A stretch of 33,564 nt of DNA from an uncultured Candidatus Melainabacteria bacterium (GTDB lineage: Bacteria > Cyanobacteriota > Vampirovibrionia > Gastranaerophilales > Gastranaerophilaceae), in assembly GCA_934675695.1 (NCBI GenBank), contig CAKURN010000001.1, forward strand, positions 1 to 33,564. Reading direction: 5' to 3'. Positions within the stretch are counted from its first letter, which is position 1. Each line of letters starts with the position of its first letter. The notes beneath the pieces are model-generated. The model saw only the letters and a list, made by a program, of their open reading frames with translations. It did no database searches and had not been told where the DNA came from. Of this stretch, positions 25,851 to 33,564 are shown in pieces. The position numbers were made by a program, and so were the translations under genes.

Positions 25851-28045
25851 AATGACTGCTCCTTTCGCGAAACTTGTTTTAAAGAAAGTCCAATGCGGTT
25901 GCGGTCTTCGTCAACATTTATTACCCTGACGGTTAAAATATCGCCAACAGCAACTACGTCCAAGGGATGCTTTATGTGGTGATTGCTCATTTCTGATATA
26001 TGGATAAGCCCAGCTGTTTTTAAGCCAATATCGACAAAGGCACCAAAATCAGTAATATTGCGGACAGTTCCGCGCATGATGGTACCAGGCTTTATATCTG
26101 ATAATTTAACAATCGCTTGTCTGGTAAGCGGAGCTGGCAGATCTTCGCGCGGATCGCGGCCAGGTTTTAGGAGTGCCGCTAAGATATCAGCAACAGTTGG
26201 TTCACCAGCCGTTAGCTTGGTGGCTAATTTAGCGGGGTCAGCTGATTTTATTTTGGCTGCCAGTCGTGCCAAGGAATTTTTGTCATTTAAGTCCGAGAGA
26301 GCAAAGCCGAGCATTGTTAAAATTTTTTCGGCTAAAGCGTAAGATTCTGGATGTACCGGCGTATTATCGAGAGGAAATGTACCGGCAGGAATACGAAGAA
26401 AGCCAGCACATTGGGTAAAGGCAGCTTTGCCAAGCCGAGGAACGTTTAATAGCTGCTTACGGCTGTTGAAGCTGCCATGTTCATCGCGGTAAGCTACGAT
26501 GTTTTTTGCAATGGCCGCATTGATGCCGGCAATATGATTTAAAAGAGCACTGGAAGCTGTATTTAAATCAACACCTACATGGTTTACTGCGGTTTCAATA
26601 GTAGCATCGAGGGTATGAGACAGTTCTTTTTGATTGACATCATGCTGATATTGACCGACGCCTATTGCCTGTGGATCGATTTTTACGAGTTCAGCTAGCG
26701 GATCCTGAACTCTGCGGGCAATAGAAACAGCTCCCCGTATGGTTACGTCATAATCAGGCAGTTCAGCTTTAGCAAGGGCTGAGGCCGAATAAACCGAGGC
26801 GCCAGCTTCGTTAGTTATAAGATAATGGACATCAGTTAAATGATTTTTAGAAATGAGATTAGCGGCAAATTGTTCGGTTTCATAAGAAGCAGTGCCGTTA
26901 CCAATTGAGAGTAAAGTGATGTTATGTTTTTTGATTAAAGCTAGTACGGTTTTAGCAGCTGCTTTTTGCTCAGCCTCCGAGTGAGTAAGTTTCAGCACAC
27001 CGTGAGCAATAACGCTGCCCGTGGGGTCAACTACGGCCATTTTGCAGCCAGTGCGATAGCCAGGATCAAGTCCCATGACGGTGTGACCAGCTAGCGGAGC
27101 CTGCAAGAGCAGCTGCTTTAGGTTAATGCCAAAAATTTTAATAGCTTGCTTTTCGGCAATTTCAGTCAGTTGATTGCGGATTTCCCGTTCCAAGGCAGGA
27201 AATAATAATCTTTTGTAACCATCTTCAATAGCTTTTTGCAAGGTATCATTCCAAATGGAATTTTGTTTAAATACTTTTTGATAAATTCGCTGACAGTTAG
27301 TCGCATGGTCAATAGTCAAATGGACTTTGAGACAGCCTTTTTTTTCACCACGGTTTATGGCCAGTATGCGATGTGATGGCAGGGTGTGGATGAGTTCTTG
27401 ATAGTTGTCATACATCGAAAAAATGGCCGCATCCTCACCTTTAGGGTCAAGCTCAGTTACGATATGACCATTATTCCATAAACGCAGTCGCATGGACTGC
27501 CGCAAGGCAGCATCTTCCATGATGGTTTCAGCAACAATATCCATGGCGCCGGTGATGGCAGCTGCCGTATCAGGAATATCCTTAGCGGGATTAATGAAAG
27601 CAGCCGCTAGCTTTTCCGGCGAGCCATTGGCAGGTACTTGGTCAAGGATCATATCAGCTAGCTTTGCGAGTCCGCGTTCGCGGGCCATTTGCGCTCGTGT
27701 GCGCTTTTTTTGTTTATAAGGCAGGTATAGATCTTCTAGTTCTTGTAATTTGCTGGCTTTTTCGATTGCTTGCTGTAAATCAGCGGTAAGCTTTCCTTGT
27801 TCAGCAATTTTATTTATGATTTCTTCTTGTTTTTTTACTAGATTGCGCAGATAGTCGAGGCGATCGGCGAGCAAGCGCAATTGTTCATCTTCAAGCGCTC
27901 CAGTGGCTTCTTTGCGGTAGCGGGCGATGAAAGGCACGGTATTACCAGCGTCTAGTAATTCGATAGCAGCTGAAATCTGCTTGGGATGTACGTTTAATTC
28001 ACCAGCAATTACAGTGGAAATATCTTTTATAAGCATTAAATGCAC
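25847..28045 (-). CDS. tex: Tex-family transcription accessory protein (YqgF/HHH/S1 domains)
   Basis: NTVPFIARYRKEATG N-terminal signature, LDPGYRTGCK (YqgF-like) and C-terminal S1 domain GTVRNITDFGAFVDIG. The start may be GTG 28045 or ATG 28036. Confidence 0.9.
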   Translation of the reverse strand: MHLMLIKDISTVIAGELNVHPKQISAAIELLDAGNTVPFIARYRKEATGALEDEQLRLLADRLDYLRNLVKKQEEIINKIAEQGKLTADLQQAIEKASKLQELEDLYLPYKQKKRTRAQMARERGLAKLADMILDQVPANGSPEKLAAAFINPAKDIPDTAAAITGAMDIVAETIMEDAALRQSMRLRLWNNGHIVTELDPKGEDAAIFSMYDNYQELIHTLPSHRILAINRGEKKGCLKVHLTIDHATNCQRIYQKVFKQNSIWNDTLQKAIEDGYKRLLFPALEREIRNQLTEIAEKQAIKIFGINLKQLLLQAPLAGHTVMGLDPGYRTGCKMAVVDPTGSVIAHGVLKLTHSEAEQKAAAKTVLALIKKHNITLLSIGNGTASYETEQFAANLISKNHLTDVHYLITNEAGASVYSASALAKAELPDYDVTIRGAVSIARRVQDPLAELVKIDPQAIGVGQYQHDVNQKELSHTLDATIETAVNHVGVDLNTASSALLNHIAGINAAIAKNIVAYRDEHGSFNSRKQLLNVPRLGKAAFTQCAGFLRIPAGTFPLDNTPVHPESYALAEKILTMLGFALSDLNDKNSLARLAAKIKSADPAKLATKLTAGEPTVADILAALLKPGRDPREDLPAPLTRQAIVKLSDIKPGTIMRGTVRNITDFGAFVDIGLKTAGLIHISEMSNHHIKHPLDVVAVGDILTVRVINVDEDRNRIGLSLKQVSRKEQSL

Positions 28046-28083
28046 CAGCTTTCATTTTTAAATAGCGGTATTATTATAACATA

Positions 28084-28112
28084 TTGACAGGTAATTTTTT
28101 ATCGAATACAAT
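28084..28112 (+). promoter_or_regulatory. Candidate sigma-70-type promoter of the Fur-family gene
   Basis: TTGACA at 28084-28089, a 17-nt spacer, then TACAAT at 28107-28112. Confidence 0.55.
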
Positions 28113-28122
28113 TAATATTAAA

Positions 28123-28140
28123 GAATAATGATTATTGATT
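28123..28140 (+). promoter_or_regulatory. Fur-family box-like palindrome (AATAATgATTATT)
   Basis: A perfect 6-1-6 inverted repeat lies within gAATAATgATTATTg. It matches the 7-1-7 Fur/PerR-type core, sits just downstream of the -10, and lies about 20 nt before the regulator's start codon. Confidence 0.5.
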
Positions 28141-28157
28141 TCTGGGAGGGATGAGCT

Positions 28158-28598
28158 ATGACGGGCAGGTTAAAAACTAAAGAAGTTATGACACTTTTGC
28201 GAGAAAGCGGATTCAAGGTAACGCCACAGCGGCTGGCCGTCTATGATGCCCTGTCACAGACAACGGCTCATCCGAATGCCGAAATGCTTTATCAGGAATT
28301 AAAGCCATATTATCCAACGATGAGTTTAGCCACTATCTATAAAGCCTTGGGGATATTTTGCGAGGTTGGTTTGGCGCAAGCATTAAATGTTGGTGAAGAA
28401 TCATTTCGTTTTGATGCAAATGCTAAAGCTCATCCCCATATTCGCTGCGCTATTTGTGGAAGGGTAGATGATATCGAGAATCTGCCGGAAAAGACAATGG
28501 AGCAGCAAGCTGGTATCGCTACTGGTTATGAAGTTACCGGACATCAATATTATTTTTTTGGTATTTGTCCTAATTGCCAAAAACGGCAAAAACATTAA
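28158..28598 (+). CDS. Fur-family metalloregulator (metal specificity not assignable)
   Basis: KVTPQRLAVYDAL winged-helix region, HPHIRCAICGRVDD and GICPNCQ (two CxxC pairs). Size is 146 aa. SD GGGAGGG lies upstream. Confidence 0.85.
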   Translation: MTGRLKTKEVMTLLRESGFKVTPQRLAVYDALSQTTAHPNAEMLYQELKPYYPTMSLATIYKALGIFCEVGLAQALNVGEESFRFDANAKAHPHIRCAICGRVDDIENLPEKTMEQQAGIATGYEVTGHQYYFFGICPNCQKRQKH

Positions 28599-28626
28599 TT
28601 TTAGCAATATTTTTCGCTAATTTTGG

Positions 28627-28654
28627 GCTTGTGCTTTAAATCACAAGCTTTTTG
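28627..28654 (+). terminator. Rho-independent terminator after the Fur-family gene
   Basis: GCTTGTG - 8-nt loop - CACAAGC, followed by TTTTTG. Confidence 0.6.
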
Positions 28655-28682
28655 TAGTACAATTATAAAATCACACGCTTTC

Positions 28683-28716
28683 AAAACAGACAGTAACTTG
28701 TCTGTTTTTGTTTTTT
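28683..28716 (+). terminator. Second terminator-like hairpin (possible leader attenuator) about 37 nt upstream of hyfB
   Basis: AAAACAGACA - gtaact - TGTCTGTTTT, followed by TGTTTTTT. Confidence 0.5.
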
Positions 28717-28752
28717 CAGGTCTTAAGCTTATTTATGAAGTGGGGGAAGATA

Positions 28753-30735
28753 ATGGATTTATCAATCGGAGCGCTGGGGTTATATGCTTTAGGCGCGCTG
28801 ACGTTAATCTGGCCTAAAAGGCTAGAGCTGGCGGCACATTATACTGGTATGGTTCTGGCGGTTGTGGCTAGCGTTATATTGTTAGGCTTTTCGCTCTTAG
28901 CGTTAGTAGGGGTTACTGGGGGCATCACCTTTCAAACAGGACGGTATTTGTTGGCGGTTGATGGCTGGAGCGCTGTTTTTTTAATGATAACGGCCCTGGC
29001 GGGGACGGCAGTCAGCATTTATGGCATCGGTTATGGCCGAGGGTATCTTGGTGAGCGCATACGACAGCTTACGGGGCTTTGGAACTTATTTATTTTATCA
29101 ATGGTACTGGTAATAATGGCTGGCGATGCTTTTACCTTTATTTTAGCTTGGGAAATAATGGCGCTGGTTTCATTTTTGCTAGTAAATCATGAGTGTCATA
29201 AAAAAAATGTTGTTAACGCAGCTTATCAATATATGGTTATGACGCATTTAGGTACAGCCGCTATTTTGATAGCATTTTATTTGTTAGGCAGCCAGGCAGC
29301 TAGTCTTTCATTTGCTGATTTAGCGCGCAGTACGCTTGATTATCCTTTGCGCCATGTGGTATTTGCTTGTGCTTTTATTGGCTTTGCCTTAAAATCTGGT
29401 CTTATGCCATTGCATGTTTGGCTGCCTAATGCGCATCCAGCGGCACCAAGTCATGTTTCAGCGCTTATGAGCGGAGTTATGCTCAAGGTAGCTGTTTATG
29501 GCTTTGGGCGCTTTGTTTTCCAATTTTTGGGCATGGAAATAGTAGTTTATGGTGTGATTGTCATGCTGATAGGACTGATTTCAGCTTTCCTTGGCGTGCT
29601 TTATGCTACGATGGAAAAGGATATGAAGCGGATACTGGCTTATTCTTCCGTGGAAAATATGGGCATAATATTTACCGCTTTTGGTTGTGGTATGCTTTTA
29701 GCTTCATTAGGACATCCACGGCTGTCAGTAGTGGCTTTTGTGGCGGTATTAGTGCATTCATTTAGTCATAGTTTGATGAAGTGCCTGCTGTTTATGAGTG
29801 CGGGAGCTGTTATGCAGGCAACTGGTACAAAAAATATCGAAGCCCTGGGGGCTTTAGCAAAAAAAATGCCTTGGACGGCTGTTTTTACTTTGGTGGGCTC
29901 CATGTCACTAGCATCAATGCCATTTACTAGTGGTCTTGTCGGCGAGTGGCTTACTTTGCAAGGACTTATTACACTGGCGTGGCAAGCTGGTTCACAGGAA
30001 ATGCGGCTTTTGGTAATTGCAGCGTTTATATTGTTAGGACTTACCGGCGCTTTGGCTTTGGGCTGTTTTGTACGGCTGTTTGGCGTTGTGTTTTTGGGAC
30101 GGCGCCGGTCTAGTGCTGTATTAAAGGCTAAGGAATCACCGATTTCCATGCGCTTAGGTATGGGCATGGAAGCGGTGCTTATTATAATATTAGGCATATT
30201 TCCCGCACCGCTTACAGCGTTAATGCAAATGGTTCTTACTGGTGGCAATGGTATTCCTATGCAAAATTTGTTAGGCGTTTTTTGGTTGGGAAATGGTCAA
30301 AGCTTTTCGCTTTACAGTCCGATAATGTTGGCGTTTTTATTTAGCATGATACTAGCGGCTTTAGCTTTACCGCTTTTAGGCGGCAAGGTATTTATTAAGC
30401 GGGATGTAACTTGGAACTGTGGTACGGTACCTACCCGTCGGCAGCAATATTCAGCGACGGGTTTTTCCAAACCGCTACGCCGGGCTTTTGATTATATTTT
30501 AAAACCGCGGCGGGAAAGAGTTTTTCTTCAAAAGGATCATGCGTATTTTGGTCGGCGGATTCAATATAATTTACTCATTCCAGATCAATTTACGGATAGA
30601 CTTTATCATCCGATAGAACATTTGCTGGTAAAGTTTGCTTCGCTGTTAAGAATGATTCAACAGGGAAGTGTCCGGCTTTATATCGGGTATACGATGATAG
30701 CTATGGTGATAGTTTTGCTTTGGGGGGTGATGTGA
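28753..30735 (+). CDS. hyfB: Hydrogenase-4 component B-like antiporter-type subunit (NuoL/ND5 family)
   Basis: About 660 aa and polytopic, with WEIMALVSFLLV, KSGLMPLHVWLPNAHPAAPSHVSALMSGVMLK and RILAYSSVENMG. ATG 28753 follows GGGGGAAG. The track start 28708 lies inside the terminator. Confidence 0.8.
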   Translation: MDLSIGALGLYALGALTLIWPKRLELAAHYTGMVLAVVASVILLGFSLLALVGVTGGITFQTGRYLLAVDGWSAVFLMITALAGTAVSIYGIGYGRGYLGERIRQLTGLWNLFILSMVLVIMAGDAFTFILAWEIMALVSFLLVNHECHKKNVVNAAYQYMVMTHLGTAAILIAFYLLGSQAASLSFADLARSTLDYPLRHVVFACAFIGFALKSGLMPLHVWLPNAHPAAPSHVSALMSGVMLKVAVYGFGRFVFQFLGMEIVVYGVIVMLIGLISAFLGVLYATMEKDMKRILAYSSVENMGIIFTAFGCGMLLASLGHPRLSVVAFVAVLVHSFSHSLMKCLLFMSAGAVMQATGTKNIEALGALAKKMPWTAVFTLVGSMSLASMPFTSGLVGEWLTLQGLITLAWQAGSQEMRLLVIAAFILLGLTGALALGCFVRLFGVVFLGRRRSSAVLKAKESPISMRLGMGMEAVLIIILGIFPAPLTALMQMVLTGGNGIPMQNLLGVFWLGNGQSFSLYSPIMLAFLFSMILAALALPLLGGKVFIKRDVTWNCGTVPTRRQQYSATGFSKPLRRAFDYILKPRRERVFLQKDHAYFGRRIQYNLLIPDQFTDRLYHPIEHLLVKFASLLRMIQQGSVRLYIGYTMIAMVIVLLWGVM

Positions 30736-31629
30736 TTGGCTATTATAGATTGGCTGTCTAGGCTTATGGCACCAGGAATTATTCAGGCAGCAGGACTTTT
30801 TTTAGTGGCACCGCTTATAGCTGGCATCATTAACAAAACCAAGGCCTTTTTACAAAAGCGGCAGGGAGCTAGTATTTTCCAAGAATACTTTGATTTGTGG
30901 AAATGGTGGCGTAAACCGGTAATATTAACGCCATATACGAGCAAAATATTTATCATCGCTCCAGTGATTTATTTAGCTGCTAGTATAATGGCAGCGATAA
31001 TGGTTCCGGGGCTTATAGCGGGACCAATTTCGTTTGGTGATGCGTTTATATTTGTTTATATATTAGCCTTGGGAAGATTCTTTATGACGCTGGCGTCATT
31101 TGATGCGGCGACCGCTTTTGGCGGCATGGGCGGTTCACGGGAAATTTATGTATCAGTGCTGGTGGAACCTGCGGTCATGCTGGCAATATTAGTTAATGCC
31201 ATGCGTTATGGCTCGACGACACTATCGCAGATGGTAATTAATTTTGATCAGTTTTATTTTACGATACCAGCGGTACTTACCTGCGTAGCCTTTTTTATGG
31301 TTATGCTGGCTGAAAATAGCCGGCTGCCGGTGGATAATCCAGATACACATTTAGAGCTTACGATGATTCATGAGTGTATGACACTAGAATATTCAGGTCG
31401 GCTGTTAACTTTTATACATTTGGGAAGTATGCTGAAAATCCTGGTATTTTTGGTGTTGTTTAGTGCGCTTTATCTGCCAATAGCAATTCCTGTTCCCGTC
31501 AAAGTTTTATTGGGAGCGGTAGCAATAGGTATCGTGGAAATTCTTAATAATAAGATGCGGCTCTTTAAGGTGCGGGTATATTTAGCAGCTGCGGTTATAC
31601 TGATGATGCTGGCTATTATTGCGCAATAA
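30736..31629 (+). CDS. hyfC: Formate hydrogenlyase subunit 4 / hydrogenase-4 component C (NuoH/ND1 family)
   Basis: APLIAGIINKTKAFLQKRQGASIFQEY, FGGMGGSREIYVSVLVEP and NSRLPVDNPDTHLELTMIHE. TTG start lies immediately after the hyfB TGA, with GGGGGGTGA as SD. ATG 30766 is an alternative start. Confidence 0.8.
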   Translation: MAIIDWLSRLMAPGIIQAAGLFLVAPLIAGIINKTKAFLQKRQGASIFQEYFDLWKWWRKPVILTPYTSKIFIIAPVIYLAASIMAAIMVPGLIAGPISFGDAFIFVYILALGRFFMTLASFDAATAFGGMGGSREIYVSVLVEPAVMLAILVNAMRYGSTTLSQMVINFDQFYFTIPAVLTCVAFFMVMLAENSRLPVDNPDTHLELTMIHECMTLEYSGRLLTFIHLGSMLKILVFLVLFSALYLPIAIPVPVKVLLGAVAIGIVEILNNKMRLFKVRVYLAAAVILMMLAIIAQ

Positions 31630-31642
31630 GGAGGAAAAGGCA

Positions 31643-32272
31643 ATGCAGTATTTAGTAGTTTTATTGATTTTTGCCGTGTTCCTGCAAACTCGGATGATGG
31701 ATTTACGCCGTTCGGTATATTGTTTAGCCATGCAGTCAGGCATAATAGCTTGTGCTTGTGTAGTATCTGGGGCATCGGAGCAGGGCCTTGCCCATGTAAT
31801 ATTGCCAGGAGTTTTAACTTTAGGCGTCAAGGTGATGTTTATTCCTTGGGCGATGCTAAGATTAATTGACAAGCTGACGGACGAAAATGAATTGCGCTTT
31901 GATACTAACGTTAATTACTCCACCATTGCGGCGGCCGTATTTTTAGTGTTGGGGTATTTATTGGTAGACAGACTGATGCCGGGGGCTTTTGGCCGTGATG
32001 TTATAGCGGCGTCCATTCTGATGATAATGACAGGATTATCACTGATGGTTATGCGGAAACGTGCTATTATGCAGATGTGCGGTCTGATAACATTGGAAAA
32101 TGGTATTTATCTTTTGGGACTGCTTATAACTGAAGGGCTGCCGTTAGTTGTTGAGCTAGGCGTTTTTTTGGATGTTTTAATAGCAGTAGTGGTGTTAGTA
32201 ATTCTTACTAGCCGCATGAGTCTATCATTTATGACGACCGATACTACGGTTATGCACAAATTGAAAGGATAA
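31643..32272 (+). CDS. hyfE: Hydrogenase-4 membrane component E (NuoK-like domain)
   Basis: 209 aa and polytopic, with LITLENGIYLLGL (NuoK-like). ATG 31643 follows AAGGAGGAAAAGG. Confidence 0.7.
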   Translation: MQYLVVLLIFAVFLQTRMMDLRRSVYCLAMQSGIIACACVVSGASEQGLAHVILPGVLTLGVKVMFIPWAMLRLIDKLTDENELRFDTNVNYSTIAAAVFLVLGYLLVDRLMPGAFGRDVIAASILMIMTGLSLMVMRKRAIMQMCGLITLENGIYLLGLLITEGLPLVVELGVFLDVLIAVVVLVILTSRMSLSFMTTDTTVMHKLKG

Positions 32273-32282
32273 AGAAAAAGCA

Positions 32283-33564
32283 ATGGAAAATATTTTTTCC
32301 CTGAATGAGCTGCTTTATTTCATATTGGCATTGCCAATTTTGTTTAGTGTGCTGGCAGCAGCGAATATAATGAGCTTGCCTATCCTGCATTGGGGCGATC
32401 GTTTGACGGCAACGCTTACCGCGATAGCGGCAGGGCTTATGATAATGCAATTTGATCCGGAGTCACCAGTTCACGAAGGTTATTTTTATATTGATGCCTT
32501 AAGTCTATGGATGCTGTGCATAATTTGTCTGCTCTATTTGGCTTTTGCTTGGACTAGTAAAGCTTATCTAGATAGGGATACCAATATCCGCTATGGTTAT
32601 TTGCGCCGGTTTTCGCATTTAGAGGGGCGTTTTTATGCGCTGTCGCATATATTTGTTTGGACGATGATGCTGGTGGTTTTAGTCGATAGCTTGGGACTCA
32701 TGTGGGTTACCGTGGAAGCTACGACTTTGGTATCAGCACTTTTGGTAGCGTTTAAATTTACTAGAACTTCGCTAGAGGCAGCGTGGAAATACGTCATGGT
32801 TTGTACGGTCGGTATCTGCTTGGCACTGCTTGGCACTATATTGGTTTATTATGCGCAGCTTACGGCTTTAGGTGCTTCGCAGCCGCTTGATTGGGCCTTT
32901 TTAGCGGCTCATGGCAGCGATTTAAGCCCTGGTTTAGCGAAGATGGCATTTTGTTTTTTGTTTGTCGGTTATGGCACCAAGGTCGGCTTGGCACCAATGC
33001 ATGCCTGGCTGCCAGATGCCCATTCCGAGGCTCCAGCCCTGACCAGCGGCCTTTTGTCTGGTGCCCTGTGTATCTGTGCAATTTATGCCCTGATTCGCAA
33101 TATGATTATTCTTCTGCCAGCTATTGGGGTGGATTTTGTCAGCGGTCTGTGTCTGTTCTTTGGTCTATTTACCGTAGCTATGGCAGTGCCTTTTGTGCTG
33201 GTACAGAGAGATGTAAAGCGTATGCTGGCCTATTCCTCTATGGAAAATTTTGGCCTGATGATGGCGGCCTTGGGACTTTTTGTGCCTATGGCGGCTCAGG
33301 CTATGCTGCTGCATATGTTTAATCATGCTTTGGTGAAATATTCCTTGTTCTATACAGCAGGTACTATTATGGAAGAATTTGGCACCAAAAATATGATGCG
33401 TATTCACGGCATGATGAGCCAGACGCCTAGAACAGCATTGGTCTGGCTGTTGGGCATTGTAGGCATTCTGGGTATGCCTCCTTTTGGTATCTTCTTTAGC
33501 AAATTCTTTGAACTTTTCTTCGAATTCACCGCTTTCATAATCCCATGTTTCTACTTCTTTTTTT
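32283..33564 (+). CDS. hyfF: Hydrogenase-4 component F-like antiporter-type subunit (NuoN/NuoM family), 3' partial (runs off window)
   Basis: This ORF is not in the supplied track because it has no stop. My own translation from ATG 32283 is open to the window end: MENIFSLNELLYFILALPILF...GYGTKVGLAPMHAWLPDAHSEAPALTSGLLSGAL...RMLAYSSMENFG...GMPPFGIFFSKF. Confidence 0.75.
   Translation, partial: MENIFSLNELLYFILALPILFSVLAAANIMSLPILHWGDRLTATLTAIAAGLMIMQFDPESPVHEGYFYIDALSLWMLCIICLLYLAFAWTSKAYLDRDTNIRYGYLRRFSHLEGRFYALSHIFVWTMMLVVLVDSLGLMWVTVEATTLVSALLVAFKFTRTSLEAAWKYVMVCTVGICLALLGTILVYYAQLTALGASQPLDWAFLAAHGSDLSPGLAKMAFCFLFVGYGTKVGLAPMHAWLPDAHSEAPALTSGLLSGALCICAIYALIRNMIILLPAIGVDFVSGLCLFFGLFTVAMAVPFVLVQRDVKRMLAYSSMENFGLMMAALGLFVPMAAQAMLLHMFNHALVKYSLFYTAGTIMEEFGTKNMMRIHGMMSQTPRTALVWLLGIVGILGMPPFGIFFSKFFELFFEFTAFIIPCFYFFF

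Noticed and set aside
23935-27719. Plus-strand ORFs inside cobT and tex (23935-24153, 24541-24738, 25000-25245, 25983-26342, 27492-27719).
   Set aside because: They are antisense to strongly recognisable CobT and Tex coding sequence. Their Ala/Ser/Arg-rich translations are typical of shadow frames.
28623-28817. 64-aa plus-strand ORF across the fur-hyfB intergenic region.
   Set aside because: It runs through both terminator hairpins and into hyfB out of frame, so it is not credible as a gene.
30733-30738. hyfB TGA followed in the same frame by hyfC: possible read-through, selenocysteine or a fusion.
   Set aside because: A strong SD (GGGGGGTGA) and a TTG start right after the stop explain the layout as ordinary translational coupling. 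I saw no basis for a SECIS element.
32250-33407. Track ORFs overlapping the hyfF region (32250-32450 -, 32633-32836 -, 32860-33081 -, 32891-33322 +, 33165-33407 -).
   Set aside because: A continuous frame from ATG 32283 to the window end encodes a clear NuoN/M-like protein. The listed ORFs are off-frame or antisense to it.
1-33564. Search for CRISPR arrays, tRNA or rRNA genes, IS elements or transposases, integrases and long inverted or direct repeats flanking the AT-rich cassette.
   Set aside because: None was recognised by eye. Intergenic regions are short and lack tRNA-like GC-rich cloverleaf segments or spaced repeats. A computational scan (tRNAscan-SE, ISfinder BLAST, repeat finder) would be needed to exclude them formally.

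Overview
The window is mostly a lipopolysaccharide/lipooligosaccharide core biosynthesis locus (about 1-23,200), followed by housekeeping genes and the start of a hydrogenase-4-type operon.

The LPS locus starts with an LptD/OstA-like gene. It then carries an almost complete ADP-L-glycero-D-manno-heptose pathway: two RfaE-domain-I kinases, an RfaE-domain-II adenylyltransferase, HldD and GmhB. No gmhA lies in the window. Also present are three GT9 heptosyltransferases, five other glycosyltransferases, a DUF535/VirK/YbjX-family gene, two paralogous LtaS/MdoB-like sulfatase-family membrane proteins, and one CptA/EptC-type phosphoethanolamine transferase.

The middle of the locus (about 9,970-21,100) is visibly more AT-rich. 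It looks like a swapped-in variable outer-core cassette. Decayed nucleotidyltransferase (MNT-type toxin-antitoxin) fragments sit near its left boundary (9,692-9,969) and toward its right end (19,745-19,884). A frameshifted P-loop gene coupled to an LSGG-motif gene fills 19,994-21,074.

Downstream lie hsp20, a convergent tex plus double-domain cobT operon on the minus strand, an autoregulated-looking Fur-family gene, and hyfB-hyfC-hyfE-hyfF, which runs off the window end.

Strong Shine-Dalgarno sites, split rfaE genes and LPS genes together suggest a diderm Firmicute (Negativicutes-like). This is inference only.

The most notable observations are:
- The PEtN-transferase reading frame breaks exactly at a G6 tract.
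- A G8 tract sits early in one sulfatase-family paralogue. Together with the G6 break this suggests contingency (phase-variable) control of LPS decoration.
- The CobT fusion resembles a covalently linked ArsAB.
- The small P-loop/LSGG module has no known function.

No rRNA, tRNA, CRISPR array or transposase was recognised.
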